Assembly: GCF_018350175.1 (NCBI RefSeq)
Contig: NC_058368.1
Span: forward strand, 20,772,001-20,836,000
DNA: 64,000 nt
Source of the DNA: Felis catus
Taxonomy: Eukaryota
Direction of reading: 5' to 3'
Both the position numbers and the translations under genes were made by a program. Within the stretch, counting starts at the first letter, position 1. Each line of letters opens with the position of its first letter. The notes beneath the pieces were generated by a model. It searched no databases, was not told where the DNA came from, and saw only the letters and a list, made by a program, of their open reading frames with translations. Below, piece by piece: positions 1-12,109 of the stretch.

Positions 1-76
1 GGTCATTATTTGAGTAGGTTTGGGTTACCAAAGGAAATAGGGTGACTTGCCATTATTTGTGATAGGACTCGGTGAG

Positions 77-232
77 CAGGACTGGCTACTTAATTTGTGA
101 GGCCCAGTGCAAAATGAAAGTGTGGGGCTCCTTGTTCAAAAATTATTAGCAATTTCAAGGCAGTGACAGAGAGCAGTAAATCAGGCATAAGGGGCTATCA
201 CTGTATAAGTTGCATGTAAATGAAGACTGAGT
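77..232 (-). mobile_element. MER45A-like hAT-Tip100 DNA transposon fossil
   Basis: CAGGACTGGCTACTTAATTTGTGAGGCCCAGTGCAAAATGAAA...CTTGTTCAAAAATTATTAG resembles the reverse complement of the MER45A consensus as I recall it. Confidence 0.7.
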
Positions 233-249
233 GTATGACAATAGCAGAG

Positions 250-435
250 ATCAGAGCTTCTAGTCAGATACATCAGAACTTGAATCCCAGATCTATTCCT
301 TGCTACCTCGGTAATCTTGGGCAAGTACTTTTTCTCTCTAAGCTTTACATCCTTATCTGCAAATTGAGTCTTACCTAGATTCATCGTGAGGCATAAATGA
401 TAGGTATGTGAAGTGCCTAGTACAATGTATGATAC
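250..435 (+). mobile_element. MIR SINE fossil
   Basis: MIR core-like text: TTGAATCCCAG...CTTGGGCAAGTAC...CCTTATCTGCAAA...GTGAGG...GTGAAGTGCCTAG. Confidence 0.65.
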
Positions 436-967
436 GGATATAGGGTAAAAAGAGAAAGCTATTATTATTTTTTGTTATGTGGACTTTATTAGAAGAAAAG
501 CATGGAAGGAAAGTTGTTACATCAGAAAGAGAACGTCTCTAGTGATATCAACTAAAGACTGGAAGATACAAGATAGGAAGTATGTGTGTGAGTGTAGGCA
601 GCCGGGGGGGGGGTGCAGAGTTGAGGAGTTGGGGGTGCACCCCGTATTGAGTGGGAAGGAAGCTGGTGGGGAAATTAATTCCCTGCACCAAGCTCTGGGT
701 GGTGCTATTAGCCCAGAAGAACTTGGTTGTGTTCTAAGTGCACAGGTGAGGAGGGTGTTTTAAAGGATGGGGCAAAGAAAGAATGGAAGCATGGACTGGA
801 AAAACAAGGTGCCAACCAGGCATTCATATAAAGCAGAACGTCCGAAAATCTGCCGAAACCCGGAAGAGCATGGTGACTACTTCCCAACTTCCTACTTTGA
901 GATATTAGGACATTTGTTCTATCTCGGTCAAGATATGAGGACATTTGGTTTATGTCTGATAATCTAA

Positions 968-1150
968 AACTTTGGTTCTCAAGCTGGCTATAAATTAGAA
1001 TCGCCTGTGGAACTTGAAAAACTTCTGATGCTCTGACTCCACCCCAGAGATTCTGCTTTAGTTGCTCTGAGGTGAGGCCTGGGTATCATCAGTGTTTCTT
1101 AAAAGCTTTTTAGATGATTCTAACGTGCAGACAGGGCTGAGAACCAGTAA
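968..1150. mobile_element. MER5A-like hAT-Charlie fossil
   Basis: Terminal GGTTCTCAAG...TGAGAACCAG inverted ends; internal AGAATCGCCTG...CCACCCCAGAGATTCTG. Confidence 0.7.
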
Positions 1151-1223
1151 TCTAAAATAATGACATGCTGTTGTTAAGATCTTGTCTTTGTAATTCCCTC
1201 TGGGGAAATGAGAGGATGGCCAT

Positions 1224-1227
<4 letters not shown>

Positions 1228-1270
<43 letters not shown>

Positions 1271-1284
1271 CTTAATCACCTGGT

Positions 1285-1335
<51 letters not shown>
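1228..1335. repeat. Inverted microsatellite pair (TG)20 - 20 bp - (CA)24
   Basis: Read directly: TG run 1228-1267, CA run 1288-1335. Confidence 0.95.
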
Positions 1336-1336
<1 letters not shown>

Positions 1337-2540
1337 GTGGAAACCATTCAATAGCCTCAGCAGACCACGGGGTGCTGCTTCTGCCTGGTCCACAGCTGTG
1401 TCTTCTCAGGAGGCCTCATCTGAAACACTCAGACCCTTACTGTGCACATGTTTAAGCAGTGTGTGGCTCACGCTCAGGGAGTGGTTTTGTTTTTGCTGAA
1501 GCTATTTTGTTAGGCCATCTAATATAATACATTTAAATTAATAAAAGGGAGTCGAACAAATTTAACAGAGTATGATCATCTTTCCTTTGGGTCGTTCAAC
1601 CTCATCCTTTCAAGTCGCTTATGTCTTTGTAAATAAGCTTTTTTTAAAAAGGCAATACGATAAGCGGTCATGCCATTACTAAACCACAAATAACGATTTA
1701 TACGAAGAAAACCTGTCCTAATACTGTGGAAGTGGGTATTGGCAGTCTGGAATACAGTCTTCTGTGATAGCATCACATCTGGACTTACAAATAACTGTGT
1801 TGTCAAAGCGTGGGTGGCAGAGAAGATCATGTGATTTGGAAAACTGTTAAAAAGTCAAAAAGAGTTTCCAGTGATGGCAAAGTTGCTGAAGGCCACGACA
1901 CACATGATGCATCTAAATCAGACTGTTTCATGAAATGTCAGAGGAGAATAAAACAATATTTCCAAATTAATGAGTGTATATAATTTTATTTTCAGTTTTA
2001 TGCAGTTATTCTACACATATGTAAATTAATAAATTAAATGTTGTAAATAGAGTTTTAATTCTCTCACTTAGATGCCTAAGAGCTTACATGTTCAAGTTGG
2101 CAAAAAATTTTTTTCTTAATTTTATATTTTGGGAGATGGACATTGACTTTGCAATTGAGAGCGCCTTGTGTCGACGTCCTGGAGGAAGAAAAGATAAGCA
2201 CGGTATGGCCTCCCTTTCTTCTCCTTATGATTCTTAGCAATTGTTGTAGCAATGTTTTAGAATAAGAAAGTGCTCGTAAGCCACTGAATTGTGGACTTGC
2301 CTGGGCCTGTTTTGGGGCCAGTGAAGTTTTTAGAGGAAAGCTCACTTATTGCGGTTGCCAAGGCAACCTCCACAATACAGGCCCTCCCCTGCCAGCTCCG
2401 ATATGTCCAACACCCTCCCAGGGGGAAAGAAATATGCAATCACAGTGGAGGGATGACTTTCCACTTTTACTATTTTTAAGTATAGCATTTATTGTTTTAT
2501 TCAATTCATAAATCCACCCATCTCTAGTCCCAGCTACCTA

Positions 2541-2546
<6 letters not shown>

Positions 2547-2592
<46 letters not shown>
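2547..2592. repeat. (CA)23 microsatellite
   Basis: Read directly. Confidence 0.95.
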
Positions 2593-2594
<2 letters not shown>

Positions 2595-2780
2595 ACTTCA
2601 TTTGCTCCATCTATTCTATGTAATTTCCCCCAAGGATTACAGCAGAATTTTGGTAGAGAACGTACCCATTAAGCGAACTGGATGCCCCCTCTGCATACTG
2701 TTGTGGCTGTGACCATATGAATTGCCTCTCCCTGTCTGCTTGCAACAGAACCACAGGAATTCCAGATGCATGCCTCACTC

Positions 2781-2784
<4 letters not shown>

Positions 2785-2850
<66 letters not shown>
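2785..2850. repeat. (AG)33 microsatellite
   Basis: Read directly. Confidence 0.95.
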
Positions 2851-2855
<5 letters not shown>

Positions 2856-3454
2856 ACTCTCCAAAGAACATCTCCACTTTTCCTTGCCACTAAATACTCA
2901 CCAGGATGCAGACCACTCAGCAAAATCTGGAAGAGGCATTGCTCTCCGCGTATACTTAGTCGACATTTTCCTGATATCTACACAAACTCTTGAATCTCAA
3001 AGAGAAACTCTAAAGCTTACTCAAACACGTTTAACTTTGAGATGTCTAGGCTTTTTAAATTATCGGTGACGCAATGAGAGAAACGTATTCCTTTCACCAT
3101 TCTCATCACTCTGCCCCTTACTTTCTCTCATTCTCAACCCTTCTGACTATGTAGTAAGGAGAGGAAAAAGTGAGGAGGGAATTATCTTTCAGTCTTGCTG
3201 TAATGTGGGGATGAACAGATGTCAGGATTTTCACATTCCAGCCTCAGCACTTAAAAGAAATGTGTGGCATTTGTTTCAAAGAATTAAGTAACAATAGCCA
3301 AATGCTTATGGGCCCATGAACATCTTAAAAAATGACTACGTTATCACATCAGCAAATGAGTCTGAGAAAACACACACTATTGTATTTTATAATCTCTGGG
3401 GCAGGAGAATGAGGTGAGAAGGTTGAGGGCGTTGACACTGGGTCCCCATGCTGC

Positions 3455-3650
3455 CCTTTCCCAAAGGGAACTTCATGGACTTCAGTCTTATTAGCCCCCC
3501 TGAAAAAAACTAGGGATTTCCTTGGAAAATACTTTGGGGGAATGGTTCATGTTTTATGTCCTTTTCGGAGATCCACAATGCACATTAACTTATAAAAGCC
3601 CCTGAAAAGGAAAGAAACCTATTAAACTTTGTTTAACCCGGTGGGTGTTT
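3455..3650. mobile_element. MER103-like hAT-Charlie fossil
   Basis: GGAGATCCACAATGCACATTAAC...TTAAACTTTGTTTAACCC resembles the MER103 family. Confidence 0.45.
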
Positions 3651-4349
3651 AGATTCTAGATTCTAGGACTCATGCGAGCATAGAAAACTCTTTTGCTCAC
3701 AACTGCTGTTAACATCTCACAGGACCAATATTTCTTAGGCTATACCTAGGGAACTGCAATTTTAGTCTATTACATTTCTTTTCTCTCTTTAAAATAACTA
3801 GTTTCTTATCTGTAATTAGAAAAAGCTGTATTTTTCTGGGGTTTTTTTTCCTTCCAAAACCCAGCCTAATGTGAGTCCTTTCCACCCCAAGAACTAGCCT
3901 CTTCCCTTCTCCTGAGAGGTGTGCCTGTAACCAGGGCTGCCTAGAGGCCAATGGGACAGCCTGGCCAGGCACCAACACCTGCAGCCCCAGGGGTACTTCT
4001 AAGGCTTGCTCTCAATGTGTGGTCTCAGGCCAGACTGCAAAAATCTCACCTGGGAGCTTGCTAGAAATGCAGAATCCCAGGCCATATCACAGACCTATGG
4101 GAGCTTGGTGGAAAGAACACTGCAGTAAGTCAGAGCCCGCAAAGCCTGAAGCAGGGAGAAGACCCCTGGTCCTAGAAGAAAGAAGAGTGGAGGGAGTCAA
4201 CCAGACAGTGGCATGGCCAGTGTGGCCACGTTAGGGAACTAGAGCCCAGGGTATAGCATGGCTCTGACTTTTTTGAGGGGAAGGGGGGGTCATGGCAGGG
4301 GTGGAGCTGGAGGAAGGCCAGAAAGATAACTTCAAATCTCTTCAAATGA

Positions 4350-4523
4350 GGGGATGCCTGGGTGGCTCATTCCATTAAGCGTCCAACATTGGCTCAGGTC
4401 ACGATCTCACGGTTTGTGGGTTCCAGCCCCATGTTGGGCTCTGTGCTGACAGCGCGGAGCCTGCTTGGAATTCTCTCTCCCTCTTTCTCTCTGCTCCTCC
4501 CCGGCTAATGCTCAGTCTCTTGC

Positions 4524-4555
<32 letters not shown>

Positions 4556-4576
4556 AAAAACAAAACATTAAAAAAA
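4350..4576 (+). mobile_element. Can-SINE (tRNA-derived carnivore SINE)
   Basis: GGGGATGCCTGGGTGGCTCA head, (CT)n tract, A-rich tail; degenerate TSD aaatctcttcaaatga / aaccctcttcagatga. Confidence 0.92.
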
Positions 4577-7289
4577 CCCTCTTCAGATGAATGAAAGAGG
4601 ACTGGTCCAGGCGAGTGAGACCAACAGACAACAGGAGCCCTTGGGGGTACCAACAGCCCAGGCCTCATAGGTGAATCCTGCAAGCACATTTAAGCTGCTC
4701 TTCACCCGTGTGGAACCCAAGAACATCTGGGTGTCCATGACCCCAGTGTCCCAGATGAACAACTCAGCAGAAAAGAAAATACTGTGACTCCATGCAGAAG
4801 CGGAATCAGGCCTCGTTCTGAATTTCTTTCAAGCTGACTTAGTATTTAGTTGAAGGTTTTGTTATTCTTCAGCTCTCATACGCATGCACATACATACGTA
4901 CTTTAAAAAAGAGAAGAACAAAATACCGAGACCTCATGTGTGTGAATATCACAGAATTATTTCTTAATCTCTCCATCTTCAGAAATTCACAAACCCTGGT
5001 GCTGACACTTACACACACATGCACATACACACATGGACACAAAACTTCTTATCTCCTGAAGATGACGGTACATATTAGCCTATTAAGGGCAACAACAAAA
5101 AGATCACAGAATTTATAGGGTTATGGTGTTCAGCACAACGATAATTCCAATCCCTGCCCTCAGAGGGCACAGCGTTTCATTCTATAGCTCAGAGGAGGAA
5201 GGTCTTCCTCCTATTGTGTCCCATAAATTTTGTTCCCATTGCTGGGCATCTGTGGCAGATGTTTCGAATGCTGAATGCAGGGCTGAAAACATCTCCCTGT
5301 AAAACATGGTTCAGTGTTTGATTCTGCCTATAAAAGTAAGGACATGGATAATTTCACCTCCCATGCCTTTCCTCTTTACTGATAAGGCAGAATAATTGAA
5401 ATGTCCATCTGTTATCCAAAAATCTCGGTGTGCCGTGAGACGTGAAGTTTCCAGGCTGAGTTATGGGTTAGCCTGGTGCCATCCCTGTTTCCTGAGACCC
5501 AGGGAGTTAGGGAATATAGTCAAGGTCACAGCCCTAATTAGAAACTGCTGCCCAGACTCACAGGTCCTCAGCGTACCCCCATGGTGCACTAGCCTTGCTT
5601 GGAGAAATAAAAGGCACAGCCAGCAGGCTCTTGGAACGATGACATCCACACATGAAAGGGCCTCACATGTGATCTACAAATCTAACCACAGATGGGAAAA
5701 CCTGACGCTTTAAGAAAGCCTCTTGACCTATTTTTTCAAACATTTCAGATTTTGGCAAAAAAAAACGTTTGTGATTTGAAATTGCAATTTTTACCCTTAA
5801 TTTAAACCCTTGTGTATTTTCAAGAGAAATTTAAGTAAAAAAACATGTCTTTCTAGTTAAATGGAAGCCTTTGCTATATACAAACAGGGAAGGGGAAAGT
5901 ACTGAGGCTGCTACTGGCTGGTTCCCAGCTAGATTCTGGAAAAGCTGTTGGAGAGGTGGATTGTCTACAGAGGAGGAGGTGGGTGGGGGTGTTAGAAGAG
6001 TAGGAAAAGGGATGGGAATGTTGCCCAGGGGAATGCTAAAAGGAGGCAAATAAAAAGAGTGCTGAGCAGTGGGGAGGTTGGGCTGAGCTAGGGACCTCAC
6101 ATGTTTAACAGCACCCACGAGGGTGGCAGGGCCGTGTCACCTCATTGCAGGCCACGGGACAGGAGTGGGGAGAGTCCTGGCTGTGGGGATGCGTGTTGAC
6201 AATTCTTCCCAGTTCCTTCTCCTGTAAGACAACGGGCCCCTTGAAGTCAGGAATTACACTGTATTGATCTTGTATCCCCCGGGGCCTCACATAATGCTTA
6301 GCACATACCCGATGCTAGAAAAATGCTTACAAAGTATATGATAAATATAAATGAGAAAAAGAATGCATTTCCAACCCAAACCACCCTAAACTCACAGGCC
6401 TAGACAAAGACTTTAATGACGAGGGTTACTTGTGAATATTCACAGGCTACCTCCCGAGGTGGTAAAACAATTGTTTGACTTGGTAAAAATACGATAAAAT
6501 AAAATCTACTGGTTGATGTAGTATAGAAACAATATATAAAAATAAATATAAAAAATTAGTCAAACTCTGTTCAATTCAGTCTAGGTGGATTAGTTCCAGC
6601 AGCTGATCCAGTAGCTCTGAGTAGATTAAGCAGAAGACCCTCCTTCCCCTGCCCCCCCACCCCCGCCCCGTCACTTGCTCTCCCTTCTGACCACTGTTAG
6701 ATTCCCTTCTCTTTGCTGCTTTTTAAGTGTCTAAAAACACTAAATTGTGCTACATGGGCTGACTTTTTACTCTGAATCTCACAGGTGGCTAATTCCTTTG
6801 TACTTGAAGCCTGGGGGAGGGGGCGTGGGACAGCTCCTACCTGGGTTTGGGGGCCCCGGCCTCAGGGCAGCAGCCCCCACTCAAAACCAAACTTTGGATC
6901 TGGAGTAGTACGCGGCTTTCCCCCCTCCCTAGAATCTGGCAAACTGGTCCACGAGCGCATATCGCTTCGAATCAAAGCAGGGTAGAGCAAGAAGAGATGT
7001 GAGGGATTTCCTCATTTTGTAAGGGAGCTAATCACAGCTAATCACAGCCTAGTGGATGCTGTGTGATTTGCTTAAGCCCATGCAGCTGGCTGGATAGAGA
7101 TGACCCTCAGAATCCCGCCTTCCAAGTTCGCTTCCCTTTGCATGGACGTCACCGTTGCGGGCATTGGAGGCAGGGTAGGTCAATGCCGGCGCCAGGCTCA
7201 AGGGCATATCGAATGGGGGAATTGAGAATTACGTTAAACAGACTTAGTCTCATATACATCCCATCAGCTCAAGACCGTCCCTGTTGCAG

Positions 7290-7692
7290 ATATTAGTGCT
7301 ATTTGTAAAATATTTTCAGGTCTTCTCTTTTTTTTGGTATGTGGTAGGGTGACTTTAGGCACCCCCTTTTTGCTGAGTGGGGTGAGTAGGGTCGTATAAA
7401 TAGCCCTAGTCAATAGGTTACAAGTAGAAATGACGTATATCACTTCTATACCACGGCATCTAATTGCTGGTATGGGACCCGTGAGAGTTTCTCTCTCTTT
7501 TCTTCTGGCATGGCAACCAGCAATGTTGGAGATGGTGCTTGCTCCGGCAGTTTGGGTTCCTGAGTGATTCTGATGAGCAGAACCCACCTCTATATAAACC
7601 CAGGATACAGCAGGAATGAGTGTGAAATAAGCTGCTAAGATTTGGAGGTTATTCATTATTGCAGCAAAGCCTAACATATCCTGGTTGATTGA
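7290..7692 (+). mobile_element. MLT1 (ERVL-MaLR) solo LTR, old subfamily (MLT1I/J-like)
   Basis: AGTAGAAATGACGTATATCACTTCT... and 3' end GCTAAGATTTGGAGGTTATTCATTATTGCAGCAAAGCCTAAC typical of MLT1. Confidence 0.65.
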
Positions 7693-8329
7693 ACCTCCAG
7701 TATCATTCCCAAGGCAATCAACTCTTACTTAACATCTCTCTTCACCTTGCACTATACTAAATTTCCCTTCTATGTACTTTTGTCCCATTAGGGCAGTCCT
7801 TTAAGTGTCCTTTTGCTTTTTCTTTTTTTCCTACCAGATTTCACCAGCAGCAGAGGAAGAGGAGCTGTGATACTGTGTGCTCCCACCATCCCTCTAGTGG
7901 CTTCTTTTTAACAAAAACTGAAAATATTGGAAAAATCCCATTCTGATTTCACCTTGGAGCCCCAAGGATAAAACAGAAGTATGGCATGCATTCAGAAAAA
8001 AGCAAAGATAATTTACAATATAAATTAGCAAATAGGACACTGGTGGAAAATAATTAGGGCTTTCATAATTATTTTGAAAAAAAATAGATGCAGAGTGATA
8101 GTGACTATCATACTGTGCAGAACTGCATTAGTTTTTTTTATTAGTTTGTTGAAGATAATGCATGGTTTAAAGCTATTTCTTCAATTCATGATAGACTATA
8201 TTCCACCCCAACTTTTGATTAAAACTATTGATTGGCCATCTGTACCTTATAATTTAAAATGTTCCTTTCTCTGTGAAAGAAATGTCAATGGGCCTTCATA
8301 GCAACACTCCTCCAACTGGTTGTCTTTAC

Positions 8330-9930
8330 TTTCTATTTTTACTTCCTCCCTTCATATTTTTCTTGAACTTACTGCGATCAGGCTTCTTACCCCATCACTG
8401 CAGTGAACCCGCTCTTCCAAAGACCCCCACATTGGCCAGTCCAGTGGTCAAATCCTGGTCGCTATCTTATCTGAACCACCAGAAGTTTTTGACACAGATG
8501 TTCATTCCTTCTGTCTCAGAACACTCTTCACCTTGCCTTTGGAACACTACCTTTTCCTTCTCTGGTTGGCTCTGCCTTCACTCTTGATTCTACTGGCTTG
8601 TCCTTTCCAGTCTTCTCAGCTACACCCTCTTCATATGCCTAACTTGTAGGAACTCTAAGTGGCTGCGGGCCCACAAGTTCAGACCTCAATTTGCTCTCAC
8701 TCATAAGTAAGTTCATATAGTGCCATGGCTCAAAATAAGCATCTTCTGCTACTAATAAGCAAATTGCTTTGTCTAATCCTAACTTATCTACTGAATCCCA
8801 GACTGCCTACCCCGCATCTTTTCTTAGGTGTCTAACAAGCATCTCAAACTCAGTAATACAAAACCAAACTCTTGATCTGCATCCCCCAATAACAATCCCA
8901 ACCAGATCATAACCACAGCCACAACAACATAAACCTTAGACATTCCTTCCATAGTCTTCCTATCTGAATATATGGGAACTCCATTCTTCCAGGTGCTCAG
9001 ACCCAAAATCTTGTGATTATCCTGGACTCCAATCCTTTTCCATACCACATCCAATCCATTGGGAGGTCCTGTTGCTCAACCTCTAAAATATATCCATGGG
9101 GCACCTGGGTGGCTCAGTCAGTTAAGCATCCAACTCCTGATCTTGGCTCAGGTCACGATCCCATGGTCATGAGACTGAGCCCCACCATTGGACACTTCTG
9201 CACTGATATCTCAGAGACTGCTTGGGATTCTCTAGCTCTCTGTGTCTCTCTGTCCCTCCCTGGCTCATGCTCTGCCTCTCTCAAAATAAATAAATAAACA
9301 TTAAAAAATAAATAAAAGACATCCAGCATCTAACCACTTCTTTCTTCCTTCACAATCTCCATCACTTTATAATCCTTACCATGGTCTTTTGCCTGGATTA
9401 TTTCAAGTCTCCAAAATGGTCTCCCTGCTCTTGTCCTTGCTCCCCCAAATCCATGTCCCATAACAGAAGTCAGTGACCCTTGTCACACACAAGACAGATT
9501 CCACCAATCCCTTTTCAAAACACTCTTCATGTTTCTGGTCTCACACAGAATAAAATTCAAAGTCTTTATCATGCTCTGTAAGGATGTATACGACCTGGCC
9601 CTTTGGCTGCCTCTCTGATATCATTCCCTACCACTCTTCCCCACATCACATGGCTCCAGTGACCTGGGCCCTCTTCCTGTTCTTGGACAAGCCAAACACT
9701 CTTCCTGGTCAGAGTCTTTTGCACCTGCTATCTCTTCTGCCTGGAGTGCTCTTCTCCCAGAGAGATGTGGGGTAATCTCCCCACTTCCTCAGGTCTCCTC
9801 TGCATGAAGGAAGAGGACTTCCATGACTACAGCATGGAAAATAGGAATCCCATCCCCTTTCCTTAACTAGCATCTACAATTACCTGACATATGACATATT
9901 TGTTTTCTGTCTCCTCTCACTCAGATGAAA
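8330..9930 (+). mobile_element. LINE-2 fossil (3' part), interrupted by a Can-SINE
   Basis: ATCAGGCTTCTTACCCCATCACTGCAGTGAACCCGCTCTT...TTTGACACAG; AAGCATCTCAAACTCAG; CTGCCTGGAGTGCTCTTCTCCCAG all resemble L2. Confidence 0.8.
9098..9318 (+). mobile_element. Can-SINE nested in L2
   Basis: GGGGCACCTGGGTGGCTCAGTCAGTTAAG head; AATAAA tail; degenerate TSD aaaatatatcca / aaaagacatcca. Confidence 0.92.
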
Positions 9931-11036
9931 GGTTTATCTTCTCATTTTCTTACCTTTAATTAAAGCCTATTCTTGAATAAGCTTACTAATACCATACTCA
10001 AAATGCTCAATCATGGCACCATGCACTACAATCGGTCCCATCTGGCTCACCCCCCACACTGGGTGTCAGGGCTTGGGACACAGTCCACATTGTCACACAG
10101 TAAGGGATGAATGATATGCTTTATTGCTGAAAGGGGAAACTCACCTGAGCCAAGAATGAAAAAGAAAGGAAGGCTTAGATCCCGCTGGTCTTTCCCTTCA
10201 CCCCCCAGAGAGGCCTGCTGGGGCCAGGCCGCCCACTGATTGCCTTGTACTGTGGATCTGCTTTGCTGCAGTGGGATGCTATTTTATTTGTTATTTTATA
10301 TGGAAGACCCGGAAAACTATCAGGGATAGAGTTTAGATCCTATATATATTTGGTGAATGAATGAACAAATGCTGAATATTATATTTTAAGCCTTTGTATT
10401 CTGATATTGATCCCTTTTTTAATTTGTATTTCTTTCTTAGCAGTTTTGAAAGCCATTATTGGTTATTACATTTTTCTTGTTGTAAAATATTTTACCTTCC
10501 ATGCTAGCCAAGATGGTACTTCCCATTCCCAAGAACTTTCTTGTATTGCCTTTCAAGGACTGGCTCACTTCTCATTGGCATCTCCTTTGCAGATATTTGA
10601 TGCTCAGATTTTCCCACTCTAATGTTCCATCTGCTCTCTATCTTTCAAACGTTTGGTATTATCCCTTGTCTTCTCTTGCCTCTTCTTCTGTTCTCTTGGT
10701 AATTTTATATTATTTGTATTCCTTTAGTCTCATTTTAGTGACATTTTGGTAGTAATATAAATAGCACAAAATAAATATAGCAAATAAGTAACATGATCTT
10801 TTTATCTGTCATGAGTTACAAATATCATTTCCCAGATTATAATTTGTATTTTGCTTTCTTTCTCGTGATCTTTAATATACAAATGTGTGAAAGTGGTAAA
10901 CAGCCAAGGTTTTTTTCTAAACTTTTTTAGGAAGTTCCTTTTCTTCATCTTAAAAAATTCCTTGTCTCCAATTAGGTAGGTGTCATGACAGAGAGGACCG
11001 TGATCATCTCTTCCGTCTCTGTTAAGAAATGAATGA

Positions 11037-11254
11037 GGGGGGTGCCTGGGTGGCTCAGTCAGTTAAGCATTGAACTTCAGCTCAGGTCATGATCTCATGG
11101 TCCCTGGGTTGGAGCCCTGCGTCAGGCTCTGTGCTGACAGCTCAGAGCCTGGAGCCTGCTTGGGATTCTGCGTCTCCCTCTCTCTCTTCCCTTCCCCCGC
11201 TCACACACTGTCTCTCTCTCTCTCAAAATTAAATAAACACAAATATTTTTTAAA
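11037..11254 (+). mobile_element. Can-SINE (feline type)
   Basis: Typical head, GCTGACAGCTCAGAGCCTGGAGCCTG body; TSD core aaatgaatga on both sides. Confidence 0.93.
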
Positions 11255-11881
11255 TAAATGAATGATGAAATGATCTGATATATTTAGAGGATGCATTTAC
11301 AGTGGATATGGGAATAGAATTTATTTTAAGAATTTGTTAAGCTCCTTTCTAGGAGATTAAAAAAAATAAACAATCAAACTTCCAATAATCTGGGATGGCC
11401 TAGTGCCACACTCATAAAAACAACCATGCGTACCTTTCCACAAGCTTGCCGGTTACATTTAGTGGTGCTCTCACACACATCATCACATTTCATTCCCAGG
11501 AGTCTTGAGATGTCAGGCACCGCAGTAGACCTGACTCCCTCAGAGGATTTTTCTAGCCCAATTTTTCCCTGGTTTAGTCATTAGGTTTGCAAAAGTCCCA
11601 TTTCTAACTATCTTACCAAATTTGGCTGACTTATAAAGAAGACAAGGGAGGAAACAGAAAACACACAGAAAGATCTTTGAATACACTTTGAATTGCGCCT
11701 CACCTGCTAGTAACACAAAAGTGAGAAGGAGCAGAATTTAATTTTCTGGTCTGCTTGTTCCAGCATGCTTCCTTGGGTTTGTCATCAGCTCCGAGGGGAC
11801 ACAGAGTATATATAACAGATATTTTAATTCAAGGGACTGTATCCATGCCATTCCATTCTCCTTATAAAACTGTCTGCTGTA

Positions 11882-12109
11882 GGGGCGCCTGGGTGGCGCA
11901 GTCGGTTGGGCGTCCGACTTCAGCCAGGTCACGATCTCGCGGTCCGGGAGTTCGAGCCCCGCGTCGGGCTCTGGGCTGATGGCTCAGAGCCTGGAGCCTG
12001 TTTCCGGTTCTGTGTCTCCCTCTCTCTCTGCCCCTCCCCCGTTCATACTCTGTCTCTCTCTGTCCCAAAAAATAAATAAACGTTGAAAAAAAAATTAAAA
12101 AAAAAACAA
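11882..12109 (+). mobile_element. Young feline Can-SINE (SINEC_Fc-like)
   Basis: CpG-rich near-consensus body; perfect 16-bp TSD AAAACTGTCTGCTGTA at 11866-11881 and 12110-12125. Confidence 0.97.

Noticed and set aside
1058..3069. ORFs with CVCV, HTHT, RERE or SLSL runs
   Set aside because: They are translations of (TG), (CA) and (GA) microsatellites, not genes.
11755..12068. SINE-derived ORFs (also at 29485-29764, 44916-45221, 49044-49307)
   Set aside because: Peptides such as GAWVAQSV and MGQRETE recur because they translate Can-SINE consensus.
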